This document shows positions 1-12,980 of a stretch of DNA of 64,000 nucleotides, one piece after another. Position 1 is the stretch's first letter, and each line of letters opens with the position of its first letter. The DNA comes from Octopus vulgaris (lineage: Eukaryota). The notes below the pieces were generated by a model. It ran no database searches and had not been told where the DNA came from. It saw only the letters and a program-made list of their open reading frames with translations. The DNA is taken from the NCBI GenBank assembly GCA_951406725.2, contig OX597814.1:207576001-207640000 (forward strand), in the 5' to 3' direction. The position numbers and the translations under genes are program-made.

Positions 1-179
1 CCTGCCAAGGTCAATTTTGCCTTTCATCATTTCAGTCAATAAATAAAATGCTGCTTTAAGGTGGTGGGCTGACAATCATTAGAGCACCAAGTGAGATCAC
101 TTGCAGTTATTATTCCAGCTTTTCATATTCTTAGTTCAAATCCTGCTGTAGCCACTTTGGAAAGAAGTGGAACCTCCAT

Positions 180-231
<52 letters not shown>

Positions 232-1282
232 CATGATCAATGATGAATAGTATTACAAGAATCCATGGTATCCAACTGGCTGAGGGTTGCCAGTACTTGA
301 TAATGATGACAAAGTGATTACATAAAGCTTATCTTATAATATGTATGAAGGGTAACTGTGTGTATATGTTATGGACTCATTTGGCTGAGTTTCTCAACTT
401 AAAATATATGTAATATTTGTGTGTTTTGGAGAAGCTGTGTATATTTTGTACAATCTCATTCCATAATTTTCCACTTAAAACATGATGTATATGTGTGTGC
501 TTGACTTAAAGGAAGAAGAGACGCAAATATCATCTTCTAAGCACTTATTTTAATTTTGTTTGCACAGTTCAATAGCGTACTTGCGGTGTCAAAATATGAT
601 CTTATTTAGTAGTTATTGATTACTGTTCATATTTTTACTTCATAAGAAATTTTATTATTAGTTATAACAGAACTGAAACACGGCGACTAAATTTGAAGTT
701 TTGAAGAAACTAGAAATTGAAACATTACATGCTTTTATTTAATATGAAAATATAAAGTTTTTGAACAGGGTTTTTTTTTTTTTTTGAGAATAATATTAGA
801 ATTCTCTTCTCTTCACAGCACATTTGTACAGACATATTCTGAAAGATACTGATACAAAAGTACAAATTTATTAGAGAATGGCTATTAATTCTGATTCTCC
901 ATGCAATCTTGATATTTTATTGATTCCCAGTGCAATCTTCGTATCTAATTTCTTGACAATAGTCAAGAATAAAAGGTAGAAATGACACTAGTCAAATTAT
1001 TCTTTTATTAGTAAAAGGCAAAATTGACTCTCATGGGGATTGAACTTAGTTTCTAGATGTCACATCCACCACCACCACCAACAAAAAAAAAATTAAAAAA
1101 TGAAACATTTAGTCTAGTGCTCTATCACTTGTCCCAACATAGCACTAGTAATAATTTTTAATACAAGATTACACATTTCTGGTTATAAAGAAATGTTAAC
1201 ACCACAAGGCATTTTATCTCATGCTCTCCCAATTCTCTCACTCAGCTACCCTTTCTGTCATGTACTAACCAAGGTTTATACC

Positions 1283-2304
1283 TGCTATGTTGGGTACTTA
1301 TTTCTGACATGCAAAATACTCTAAATTATGTTGCTAATAGGGCTAAATGTAACTGGAAAGTGATATAAATGCTTGGTTCTGTGATTGAGCCAATGCAGTC
1401 CATTGAATACAAAACTATATAGATTACATATCAATGTTGTTGACTAATTCCGTCTTACAGTTCATTTGCTAATCTTCATTAGACTTCAAGGTAAGATCTT
1501 TCACTTGGTTTATTCAACAGTTTACAAATATGAAACTACTGAAAATCAGTGACATGGAATAAACATTTGACAGGTTTCTTATGTATGCAAGTCCATTACT
1601 AAGCTCAAATAATTAGTTCTTGAGGAAGAGAAAAAATGCATATAGTGCTAAAGGAATAAACATAATTATTTACTCCTTTCTATGTAAGGTAGTAGGAGAA
1701 AAGAAAAGTGTTTAAAGCAAGTGGTAGCGTGATTGAATATGGATAGATTCACTGCCATCCCTTAGTATGGTACAGTGACTAGGTGAGAGAATGAGAAGGT
1801 AACAAAGTTTGAGGGGAGCAGGTGGAGACTTAAGAATGATAATAATAATAAAACGTGCTCTCAGTTATTTTGTTTCTACCAGTTGAACAAGAAACCTGTA
1901 AACCAGTGAAGCAAGCAAGCAAATCACGTAGAGTAATTGACATGGTGCTTTTTCCTCTTCCTCAAGAACATAGTTTTACATGCACTTGCGTACATAAGAA
2001 GCCTGTCAAAAGTCTATTTCATGTTACTGTATTTCAATAGCTTCACATTTGTAAAATTTTGAATAAAACAAGTGAAAAATCTTACCTTAAAATCTAAAGA
2101 AGATTAGTAAGCAAACTAAAGTTAATAAGATTGAATTAGTCAACAACATTGATCTGTAATCTATATAGTTTTGTATTCAATGGACTACATTGGCTCAGTC
2201 ACAGAGCCAAGCATTTATATCACTCTTTCCAGTTACATTTAGCCCTATTAGTATCATATTTTAGAGTATTTTGCATGTCAGAAAAATTAGTACCCAACAT
2301 AGCA
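1283..2304. repeat. Long inverted repeat, arms ~1283-1640 and ~1946-2304, spacer ~305 bp
   Basis: Manual reverse-complement alignment: tgctatgttgggtact...gttgttgactaattc pairs with gaattagtcaacaac...agtacccaacatagca. Similarity continues inward to gttcttgaggaagag / ctcttcctcaagaac. Confidence 0.95.
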
Positions 2305-2554
2305 AATATAATATAAGATGCACTCAACTATGAGTGCATTGCATTTGATAGCATTAACAGCCATAAGCTAATGACGTTCATGACATAATTACTTCTCTTA
2401 TCATTTATCTAACTTATTATTGCAATGTACTTGACTGATACTTTGTTCTGAAACATATGTATATTGAGTTCTAACACCAGGTTATTAGTATTGCTAAGCC
2501 TAGGTAAAATATTAAAATTTGTGTGTGGTATGTATAATGTAATATTTTATATGT

Positions 2555-2597
<43 letters not shown>

Positions 2598-2974
2598 TCA
2601 TTCATTCTACACCTGTTTTGTATGCTTGGACAGGATGGACCGATATGTTATTTGAAGCATTGTATTACAGCTCTATGCCCTTCCTGGTCCTTTACCCATT
2701 TTTCAAGTAAGGGATCACTTATTCCACATGGCTGCAAATGCTGGAGGCCTCCAGATGGATTTTTTGATAGGACAAACTGATAACAACACCTCCCACTTAC
2801 ATAAAAGCAATTGTAAATAGAAACACAAACTCACAAATATACATAAACGACAATCTTTTTTCAGTTTCTATCAACCAAATCCACTCAATAAGGTTTTGGT
2901 CTATGACACTAAACCCCAAGCCAAGTAGTTGGAGAAAGACCTTCTCAACACCACTGCTATATATCTATCTGTCT

Positions 2975-3185
2975 TGAATAGAGGTCCATATAAGATTTTG
3001 CTGTTAAAATTTATGTGCAATAAATTGGTTATACTTCGACAATACACAAAAATATAAAAAAAAATTTTTTATACAATTCCTAATATTTAATTATAAAAAT
3101 ACTATAGGATTATGGTTATGAGGGTCTACCCAAGTAGAATACAAATCGAAAGGGGCCATGGGTGAAAAATGGTCGAGAACCGCTG
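2975..3185 (+). mobile_element. Right end of a hAT/Charlie-like non-autonomous DNA transposon
   Basis: Ends ...ggggccatgggtgaaaaatggtcgagaaccgctg, resembling the Charlie-type terminus (reverse complement of CAGTGGTTCTCAACC). The left terminus was not found. Confidence 0.45.
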
Positions 3186-3289
3186 ATTCGTATGGCAACA
3201 AGAAGGGTATGTGGTTGCAGAAGATTTGGCTCAATAAAGTCCGCTCTATTCATGTGAGCATGGAAAGTGGATGTTAAAACAACGTTGAT

Positions 3290-3329
<40 letters not shown>

Positions 3330-3557
3330 TTTAATATGTGAGATATTAAAAAAAATAAATATTAAAGCTTCTTGAATTGTACCTCCTGATTTTAATGTTG
3401 GTGATCATTGAAATCAATCACATGAAATTCCATGAATGAGAAAGCACCAACTTGAAAAATATACACACTCTCTCTACACTATGCAATGATTTCTATTTCC
3501 CTGTTTGTAAACACAAACGTTCACCAATTCTTCCTCTCTCTCTCTCTCTCTCTGTAT

Positions 3558-3591
<34 letters not shown>

Positions 3592-4300
3592 ATATATATA
3601 TATCTCATGAGAAAGAGATGTTTGGTTTTGTACATCAGTGTGTATGTAAATATGTATGTTTGTATGTGTGTGTGTATATATTATACATGTCTGTGTGTGT
3701 CTTTATGCTTGCACAAACATGACCGTGATTTTTTTATATAAAGCTATTGAAATATTCTTGCTTGTAGGCGAAGTGGGGTAAAAATCTATACGTCATCCTT
3801 CTCTCTCGCATACGCACATTTCTCCTCCTCTCTCTCTCTTTCATGTTATTTCATTGACAACGAGACTTATAATTTGAATAGTTTTATACATATATATATA
3901 TATATATATAGCCATTATATTTTACTGCTACTAGCAGCTGTGAACTTCAAAGGTTTAACTATTGTAGGCATAAGAAATTTATGTTCCTCATAATTCCGGT
4001 TGAATTTTGCATGTATTTGTTTATATTTATTGCCTTTTTCATTCATCATGTCCTATTTATGGCTTTTTGTTGTTATTTATTTTACTGTCATTTTTCAAAG
4101 ACTTTGCTGATATAGTATTTTTTTTTTTTTAATGCTTATTTGAAAGAACTAGATTTCTAAATGCTGAATGTGCAAGGTGTTAGGTATTTTTGTTTTATTT
4201 TCAAAAAATTTTCTTTCACCTGTGATGTTTATTTTTATTTTTTTTTATTACATCTTACCATTTTCCAAAATTTCATTTAGCAATCTTCAATAATGTTAGC

Positions 4301-4331
<31 letters not shown>

Positions 4332-4737
4332 TGAAATGGTACAGTATCAATTTAACCTTGACCATGACCAAGTTATCTATTAAAACCAAATTAGATTTAC
4401 ATCAATAATCTTTTGAAAATACCAATCATTCTATTTATATTGCTTGCAGAGATGTGTTTTGATATATTTTAATATTTCTTATTGTTTGTCTATTAAATAA
4501 ACATTGTTCATGGTAGAGAGTGCAGAATATTTCATGACAAATTGCCATACCTTTAGAATTGAATATCCTTGTGTGTATGTGTATGTATGTTGATGTTTGA
4601 AGTAGGTGTATGTGTATTTCTGTCGATATCTGAAGTGTGTATATATGTGATGGGTGTGTGAAATGTGTATGTCTGTTGGTGTGAGGAATGTGTGTGTATA
4701 TATATCTGTTGGTGTGTGTATATATACATATATATAT

Positions 4738-4772
<35 letters not shown>

Positions 4773-4974
4773 TATATCTGTTAGTATGTGTGCATGTGTG
4801 TTTTCTCTTTCTCAGAGTAAAAGTGTAAGTTAACTTGAATTGAAGATTTTCACATTGATTTTGCAAACAATAAAACCGGGTGTTTCACCTACATAAATAT
4901 ATCCAAATGAGGATGTGTGTGTGTATGTATGGGTGTGTATATATATGTGTGCATGCATATGTATGTATATAAGC

Positions 4975-5349
4975 TCTAAAAACTCGGCTCTGTCAGTCAC
5001 GAATAACCATGGGTGCACTTAAGAGGTTCGCCTCCGGGGTACAAATCTGGGCGGAAAGTTACCTCACTAGTGAATGCACTACCTAAAGTTGTTTTTATGG
5101 AAGACCAGAAGTTGCCCATGCATACCAGCCTCCCCTCTCCATGCCACCAATGTTATCCAAGGGAAAGGAAAAGGCCAATACAGCTTGGCACCAGTGATGT
5201 CACCACTCATTTCTACAGCTGAGTGAACTGGAGCAACATGAAATAAAGTGTTTTGCTCAAGAGCACAACATGCAACTTGGTCTGGGAATCAAACCCACAA
5301 CCTCACGATCGTAAGCTCAATGCTCTAACCACTGAGCTATGGGCCTTCA
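4975..5349 (-). mobile_element. tRNA-derived SINE, family E (CORE-like central domain)
   Basis: The minus strand reads ggcccatagctcagtggttagagc (A box) ... gtttgattccc (B box), then gtgctcttgagcaaaacactttatttcatgttgctccagttcactcagctg. This is shared with the copies at 17070, 28616 and 58340. Confidence 0.85.
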
Positions 5350-5799
5350 TTTGTATGTATATAATGTATGTGTATGTGTATATACCCTTTATGTATACTG
5401 AGTTTTAGGATAGTTATACCATATATATGCATGTCGTAAGAAGCAACTAAAAGGATTGGCATAAGATAGAGCATCTGGCTGTAGAACTCTGCCTCAGTAG
5501 TCCCAACTTATGCCAGCCTGAAAAAGAAGATGCAAAAACAATTATGATGATAACATCATTCATTTGTCTATTCATGTTTTCTTGAAGGAAATGGTGCCAA
5601 TTAGAAATTAAATCTTCTGTCATAACTGTAGGTTTGATGTTGCTTCCATAATATAAAATACACCCACCACTTATAAGATGCTTTCCTATGTCTGACTGTC
5701 TCATGTCAGTATGAGTCAGACAAAACTTTTTGAGGCAATGTACTACGGCTGGATGCTGTTCCTGGTGCCAACTCTTGCTTGTTTTTAATTTAAGTTCTT

Positions 5800-6900
5800 C
5801 ATTCCACTTGGTCTTCAGTGGTCAGAGGTTGAAAAGACATTTGTTGCTTGGTGTTGAATACATAGAACTGGCAGAGCTCTTACTACTTTTAAATGGCTTT
5901 GAGTGCCAGAGGGATTCAAACAGAGGAAGGGTAGATAAAAGGTGTTGCACAGAAAGTGGATGTGTGAAGTGTTATGTCAATTAGATGAGTGATCAGTTGA
6001 TACAATGATGCAGATGTTGATGGGCAAAGACTGATTGGAGGTGAGAAAGAGGTTGAGGCTATTTGTTGTATTAATGTGTATGTTGGAGATACAGTTGGGT
6101 GAGAATATTGTGTTGACAGTTCAGAATAGTAAACAATTTTGTCTCTGTATCAGATATGTTAGTGTTGGGAGAAGTGTAAGAGCTAGAAACATACATTGAA
6201 GTTACAAAAGATGAAAACTTAAGAGAAAGTTGATGTTAGATGTTTTCAATGAAGAAAGTAATGGTCAAATAGTTCCTAGTGACTGATATGTCTATTGATT
6301 ATGTGTTTTCTTACATGTAGTGATGGTGTATTTTTCTGATGGTGAAGTAGACTTGGTTGTCATATCCTTCTTTAAAACAGGTTTTGAGGTTTTTGCACCT
6401 GGACAGAGTATTGATCTTGTGTAACATGTCTAAGTTGTGTATGGATGATGCTTATGTGTGAAGGATGGCATCATCTGGATAATGTGTGGTTTGAACTTAG
6501 AGTATGTCGTAAATATCCAAAAAGAAGAATGGACAAGATATAAATCTATCATGAGCTACACCAAATATGATAGTATTTTAAGTAGAGAAATCTGTTAGTT
6601 CATGCTGTACAAGAAGCTTCCATTTTGAGAAATAGGTGTAGCCATATGCAAGTAACTCAGCTAGGTGGTTCTTCTGACAGGTATAATTGATGGCTTTGAG
6701 GATGTCAAAAGTAACAATCATACTTTTTTTATAGAGTTCCTGTGATGGTCATTTTGCTGGTGTCAAATGATAGGGAAACTGCTTCCAGTTATTAACTTCC
6801 TTTGGTGTTATAGGCAGTATTTTTCACTTGCACTGTTACAGTATGGCTGCTTGTGGATCACTTAGAATCTTTAGGGTTGTGGGCTTTAGTTGTGTGGGAG
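5800..6900 (-). pseudogene. Highly degenerate LINE reverse transcriptase fossil (CR1/Jockey group)
   Basis: Minus-strand fragments IVTFDILKAI (DxxKAFD motif, ~6690-6718), HYPDDAIL (YADD motif, ~6461-6484) and GYDNQVYF (WGxxNxVxF motif) lie in the expected order, with many stops and frameshifts. Confidence 0.55.
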
Positions 6901-8199
6901 AAACATTGAAAAGTATACTGAGGAAGATATTTTCAATCACGACATATGAAATAATAAATTCTGTTGAATTAGCACAAATTTTCTCTCTACACGATTTCTT
7001 GTCAGTTTTTATAAACGTATATCTCGTTTGTTAGCAAATTACATAGGAAGAGAAGAAAGAGAGAAAGGAAGAAAAAAGAGATTATTTACAATGAAATAAA
7101 TGATTTTTATATTTATTTCTTCATTTTATAGTAGTCTGTGATGATATTTTATCATTTGAATTTAGGAAATATATTTTTTTTTTATGATCATTACTTTATT
7201 TCTTAGTTGTAGAGTAGTTGATATTGACCCAACCCTGTACACACACACACACGTTCTGAAATCTTTATTTTGTCTAACCTTTGTCCATCGATTGTGTGGA
7301 ACATATACTCAACATCCAATAAAACATCTTCTGGTTAATGTTATTAACTGATCAAAATCTAATAAATGTGACGTCTTGTTCTATTTTAAGTTTATATCTC
7401 TGTGGAACACGTGTATCAATGAATGCATACAGCACTGTGTGTATACGTGTGCAAATATGTCTCTTGGATACAAACAAGGTTGTATCATTAAGAAGTTTGC
7501 TTTGGAATTATGAAGTCCTGGGTTTAATCCCATGGTCTGGTATCTTTTATCAGCCTTGGATCAACCCAAGGCTTGTGAGTGAAATTGGGTTACTAGAAAC
7601 TGTAAGAAACCATTACTCCATTAAAACTTGTGGGTATTTAAGCAATGTGTTCATGGATAGTTGATAGGTTGGATGAGGTGCTGATGAAAGGAAAATAATC
7701 CTTAAAATACGTATATACACCCACTGCTTATTTTTATATCTTCTATCACATTGTTTACATAGAAGTATTTGTTTACAAAACATTGTAACTTGCAGTGCTG
7801 GGTCTGAATTCTATAGAAAATCTATAGAGATCATATTAAAATGAAATTTAGGTGTTATTAACATGTGGTAAGGCACAGTATTGACTTAATAAACTTATGA
7901 TATACTTAGTTGTGTATTATTAATGCAAATGAAATATTGCTGCTTTCTTAGTAATCAAACTGGACAGAAAGTACTACTTGTAAGTCAGTGTCAGTATTGT
8001 TGCATATTATGTTAAGCAAATGTTAACAGATGATTACATTAAAGCTACAAGCATCTGCAGAATACTCAACCACTTACACATAAATTCAATGAGTAGGTAG
8101 TTCAATTGCTTAAACTGTTGGAATACTAAGCATTGACACCAACGAGACTTATAATTATCTTATCAACTTAGGAAGGATTTGAATTTAGAATGTAGAATG

Positions 8200-8316
8200 T
8201 AGAAACATTGCCAGATAAGACCGGAGCCTGGGGCAGCCTTCTAGCTTCCCAGATCCCCGGTCGAACCGTCCAACCCATGCTAGCATGGAGAACGGACGTT
8301 AAACGATGATGATGAT
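8200..8316 (+). mobile_element. Short 5'-truncated RTE LINE 3' end with (GAT)n tail
   Basis: ccgtccaacccatgctagcatggagaacggacgttaaacgatgatgatgat, matching the other copies in the window. Confidence 0.85.
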
Positions 8317-9332
8317 AAATGTCAAGGAATACAACTAAACACCACAAAGCATTTTGTCTGTCAAGTGCAAGATGGATAATATTCAGAATCTCAGTTGGTC
8401 AGGCCTGGGAATCCAGCAGTATAGTGTAAACAATGCTGTGTCTGAGGCCACTACATCTCAAGAGTAGTGGGCAGCAAAACTAGATGTAATTCTACCACTC
8501 CTTTGCACTTCAATGATGATAATAATAATAATAATAATGATGATGATTTCAGTGACTTTTAAACATAAGTGGGAAGCTACAAATGTGTTTGTAGTCAATT
8601 ACACTGGTCCCAGTATATGACTAGTACTTACTTATCAACCACATAACTAAATAACCATGAAGCATTTTCATCCAGCTATCAAGCATTAGTAATTATGATA
8701 GCAATATTTATACCAGATGCAGTCTTGTTAATTAATAACTACATCAGAAAAGATGCATAATGAAAACTGAAAGCTGATTGCAGTATTAGCTCTTTGAAGT
8801 CTTCTGATGTTATTATTTATCTTTATCTCTACTGTTAGAACAAATCACAGCCTCTTCTACCTGGTCCTGTTCTGCTTCTATTTATCTCATTTCTATTAAC
8901 CACTCTGGTTTGTGTTTGAATTATTTATGAAACAGAATCTTAGTTATAAGATTATTTTTTAGACCATTAACCTCCTCTTTAGAGACAAAATTTCTTTGAA
9001 TACTTAATATTAAAACCTACACTATGGTTTGATCTCTGAATCTCATCTGGTGTTTTATTCCTGGATGTTTACATAAAACCAGATTGAATTTGAACTAGGG
9101 ACCTTCATTACTACTACCTTATCTTCTGTAATATAATCATTATTATCAGTGTTGTTTTGTTCTACTTGATTCCTTTCTTTACTCTCTCTCTCTTTTTTTT
9201 TTTTTTTGTTATAAAAGAACAAGGTTGTTTGGAATTGAGGATTACTTTTCTGCTCTGATCATTTTACTAACATGTTTGCAATCTGTTAAAGATTTCAATG
9301 AATTTCATTTTTTAAATTATATATTTTAACAT

Positions 9333-9494
9333 GAGTGGCTGTGTGGTAAGTAGCTTGCTAACCAACCACATGGTTCCGGGTTCAGTCCCACTGCATGGCA
9401 TCTTGGGCAAGTGTCTTCTGCTATAGCCCCGGGCCGACCAATGCCTTGTGAGTGAATTTGGTAGATGGTAACTGAAAGAAGCCTGTCGTATATA

Positions 9495-9539
<45 letters not shown>

Positions 9540-9747
9540 ATGTGTTTGTGTGTCTGTGTTTGTCCCCCTAGCATTGCTTGACAACCGATGCTGGTGTGTT
9601 TACGTCCCCGTCACCTAGCGGTTCGGCAAAAGAGACCGATAGAATAAGTACTGGTCTTACAAAGAATAAATCCTGGGGTCGATTTGCTCGACTAAAGGCG
9701 GTGCTCTAGCATGGCCGCAGTCAAATGACTGAAACAAGTAAAAGAGT
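9333..9747 (+). mobile_element. tRNA-derived SINE, family A (CORE-like, resembling octopus OR-type), full length
   Basis: A box tggctgtgtggt, B box ggttcagtccc, core ggcatcttgggcaagtgtcttc, internal (TA/TG)n and tail gactgaaacaagtaaaagagt. Near-identical to the copies at 31292, 57128 and 60230. Confidence 0.92.
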
Positions 9748-10114
9748 ATATGTGTATGTATTTGTTTTAAAGCTAGAGAGGTGTATTGAATAAGGAGCTA
9801 TAATGAGTTATTGTTTTAGTTCATTTAGTATCTTCTATTTCTAAGTTTGAATTCTGCATTTCAAATCTCATTTATCATTTTTTTCCCTTTACTATTTAGC
9901 ATAAAGCTATTGAGGGAAACTTTTGTTGATTTACATTAACATTCTAACTGCTAAATTCTGTAAGTTTGGAAACTGTTATAAGCTGGGCTGACAGATGAAA
10001 GCTGAGATATATTTCTTCTCCAGAGAAACAGTCTGTTATCAGTATAAGTATGGTTTGAACTGCTTAGTAGTTCAGAATTGTAACTTCTGAGATTCATGAA
10101 ATAAGTACCTATAA

Positions 10115-10541
10115 GGATCAGAATCGAAATCGATCAATGGAAATTGCAGCTGAGTTACCAGTGCCGGTGGCACGTAAGAGAACCATCCATTCGCGACTGT
10201 TGCCAGCGCCGCCCCGACTGGCCTCGTGCCGGTGGCACGTAAAAAGCACCATCCGTTCGTGTCCATTGCCAGCCTCGCCTGGCCCCCGTGCCGGTGGCAC
10301 GTAAAAGCACCATCCGTTCGTGGCCATTTGCCAGCTCCATCTGGCACCTGTGCGGGTGGCATCTAAAAAGCACCCACTACACTCACGGAGTGGTTGGCGT
10401 TAGGAAGGGCATCCAGCCGTAGAAACACTGCCAGATCAGACTGGGCCTGATACAGCCTTCTGGCTTCACAGACCCCAGTTGAACCGTCCAACCCATGCTA
10501 GCATGGAAATCAGACGCTAAATGATGATGATGATGATGATG
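10115..10541 (+). mobile_element. RTE LINE 3' UTR copy with 4 internal ~60-bp hairpin units and (GAT)n tail
   Basis: gtgccggtggcacgtaa-type motif at 10161, 10226, ~10288 and ~10349, then ggttggcgttaggaagggcatccagcc...tgatgatg. The same sequence follows an RTE ORF end at 57.6-58.1 kb. Confidence 0.9.
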
Positions 10542-10752
10542 AAGGTATAGGATATCAAAGCCAGTTAATCTCTGTGTGACATAGCAACATACCTTATGCA
10601 TCCAGGAAAGGTGTTCTTGTAACATATTTAATGTTTCCTTAATTCATAGAAGTTTATTAGGGCTGGTGCTTAGGTCTGGTTTCATGACATTATGTAGATG
10701 AGGGATAAATCTCCCTCTGGATAGGACATTAGTCTTTCACAGTTAGCATTCC

Positions 10753-10789
<37 letters not shown>

Positions 10790-10999
10790 CGCATGCGTGC
10801 GTAAAATTTTATCTTGTTTCAGTCATTAGATTGTCATCATGCTGGGGTATCATCTTGAAGAATTTTTTGTCAAATGAATTGTCCCCACCACTTTTAAAAA
10901 AAAAATTTTTAAAGCCTGTTACTTATTCTATTAGTCTCGTTTGCTGAACTGCTAAGTTATGAGGATGTAAACAAACCAACTCTGTTTGTCAAGCAGACA

Positions 11000-11036
<37 letters not shown>

Positions 11037-11339
11037 TTTTAAATAGAGGTTAAAATAGCCTCATTAAGGGATAAAAATATCCAATGAATTACTGGTTCAT
11101 TGCCTATTATTTTTTATGAATCGTAATATTCATGAAATAATAGGTTTAAGTATAAATCTTGGCTTATAAATATTCAAATTAAGATTCAGAAAATGGAGAT
11201 GTAGTGTTAATATAATTTATTAACTGCAAAAAAATTCAGTGTTTTCTTACAGCTGTTTCGATTTTACCCAAAGAATTAAATTCAGTAATTAAATCATCGT
11301 ATTGGGCAAAATTTTGCCCGAAAATATTGTAGAAAACAT

Positions 11340-12430
11340 TTGCCAAGTTTTCTGAATTTCTCATATCCTACCTTCCAGAGCATCTCCACCTTCTCTGCTA
11401 TCTTTCCTACATGCACCACACTCTTTTATTTCATCTCCTTCTTTATCTTCCCTCGACCACCCCTACCCTCCTTCTTTGCTACTAGTCTCTCTATTTTTGC
11501 TTTTCTTATATTTCTACATCTTTACTCATTCTCGCTTCTTTTCCCTTATTACTTTTTCTTTCTCTCATTCTCTGCATCTATATCTGTTTCTATACATTTC
11601 TCACTCTGTATCTCTTGATCTTTGTATCTATATCTCTCCTTATATGTTTCGCTTTTGCTTTCTTACTATCATTTTCTCTCTCTCACTCTATTTCTTTCTC
11701 TTTTTTACTCTCTCTCTTTACCTCGTTTTCTATTCAAAATGTTCTCCATTAAAACAATCCTTTTAAACTGTCATAATCTACTGACAGATAATATCTATAC
11801 ATGTGCTCCAATAAAGAACTAATATTGCACACACACATTCACATGTACTCACAATATACACATATGAACACATACACTACCAGGTACGCACACATGTGCA
11901 TTGACATGCACCCGTACACACAGAGATATGTTTGCCAACAGACACACACACCCAAACATGTTCACTAACATATACACCAATAGTCGTGTGCAGACATACC
12001 AACATGCATCTTCTCAGACACACAGCATTTGTACATGCACTGATATGCACACACACACATGCAAACACATTCACACAAATCATCTGCATGAAAGCATACG
12101 CGCATATATTTACACACATGCACAAACGCAACATCTATGAAAACACACAAACGTATATGCAAATGATACATGAAAAGTACAGTCACCTGTACACCCCCAC
12201 CTGAATCTGTACAGTATATGCAAATGATATAAATCAAGCACAATTGTAAGTGCACATGCATACACATGCATGAAATCTGCACACAGATGCATATTATACG
12301 AATACATGCACTTTTACATATGTTCTCTCACACATGCACCACTCTATAGACGTATGTACATATTCCTATATTCAGATGTTTTCTCTCTCTTACACACACA
12401 CGCACGCATGCACACATGCATATGCACTGT
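11340..12430. repeat. Cryptic low-complexity region: CT-rich tract, then AC/ATGC-rich degenerate microsatellite
   Basis: Strong pyrimidine skew at 11340-11760 and degenerate (CA)/(CATG) at 11830-12430. This region is the source of many spurious ORFs. Confidence 0.85.
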
Positions 12431-12980
12431 CTGTATTTAGAAGACAACTGGATGAAATCGTCAAGTGTAGACAAATGTTTTACCTACATACTTTCACTAT
12501 GTTGATATAATAATGAGCTATTTGTGCAGTTGAGACCAAAAAAAAAAAAAAAACAAAGAAAATGAATTAAATCAAACATATCTACTTATGTATCATCATC
12601 ATCATCATCATCATTATTGTCATCATTGCCATAGCTTTTGGACAGCTTTGTTTTCTTTTTCTTTTTTATTTCCCGCTGCAGTAATTTCTTTGCGTTCTTC
12701 TCTACATAGATATTACTTGAAATGAAATGAAATGAAACTACTTATTTGCTCTCTCTCTCTCTCTCTCTCTGCAATGACAAGATACTTATTACTTTTCTAA
12801 GATTTCTTTTTAATTTATATTTTGAGAATACTTTTACCCCTCTCTGTACTTTCTTCATTTTCATTCTCTCCTTCCCCATTTTTCATTCTTCGTTCTTCTT
12901 ATTTGACATACTTATTTGATGTACTTCAAGATGTGATTAAGAGATTACAAAATAATAATAATAATAATAGTAATAATAAT

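Noticed and set aside
4435-5018. ORFs up to 143 aa
   Set aside because: They translate TG/TA microsatellite (HT/CV/YI runs).
9333-9410. tRNA genes at SINE heads
   Set aside because: A/B boxes are present, but there is no complete cloverleaf and the sequence continues into SINE core.
9312-9584. Recurrent ORF 'MSSNARG...' (also at 31475 and 57161) as a gene family
   Set aside because: It is an antisense reading of SINE family A; the recurrence reflects the repeat.
10161-10380. CRISPR array (palindromic repeat plus ~35-nt spacers)
   Set aside because: The spacers are homologous to each other, the array is part of a dispersed RTE 3' UTR, the context is eukaryotic and there are no cas genes.
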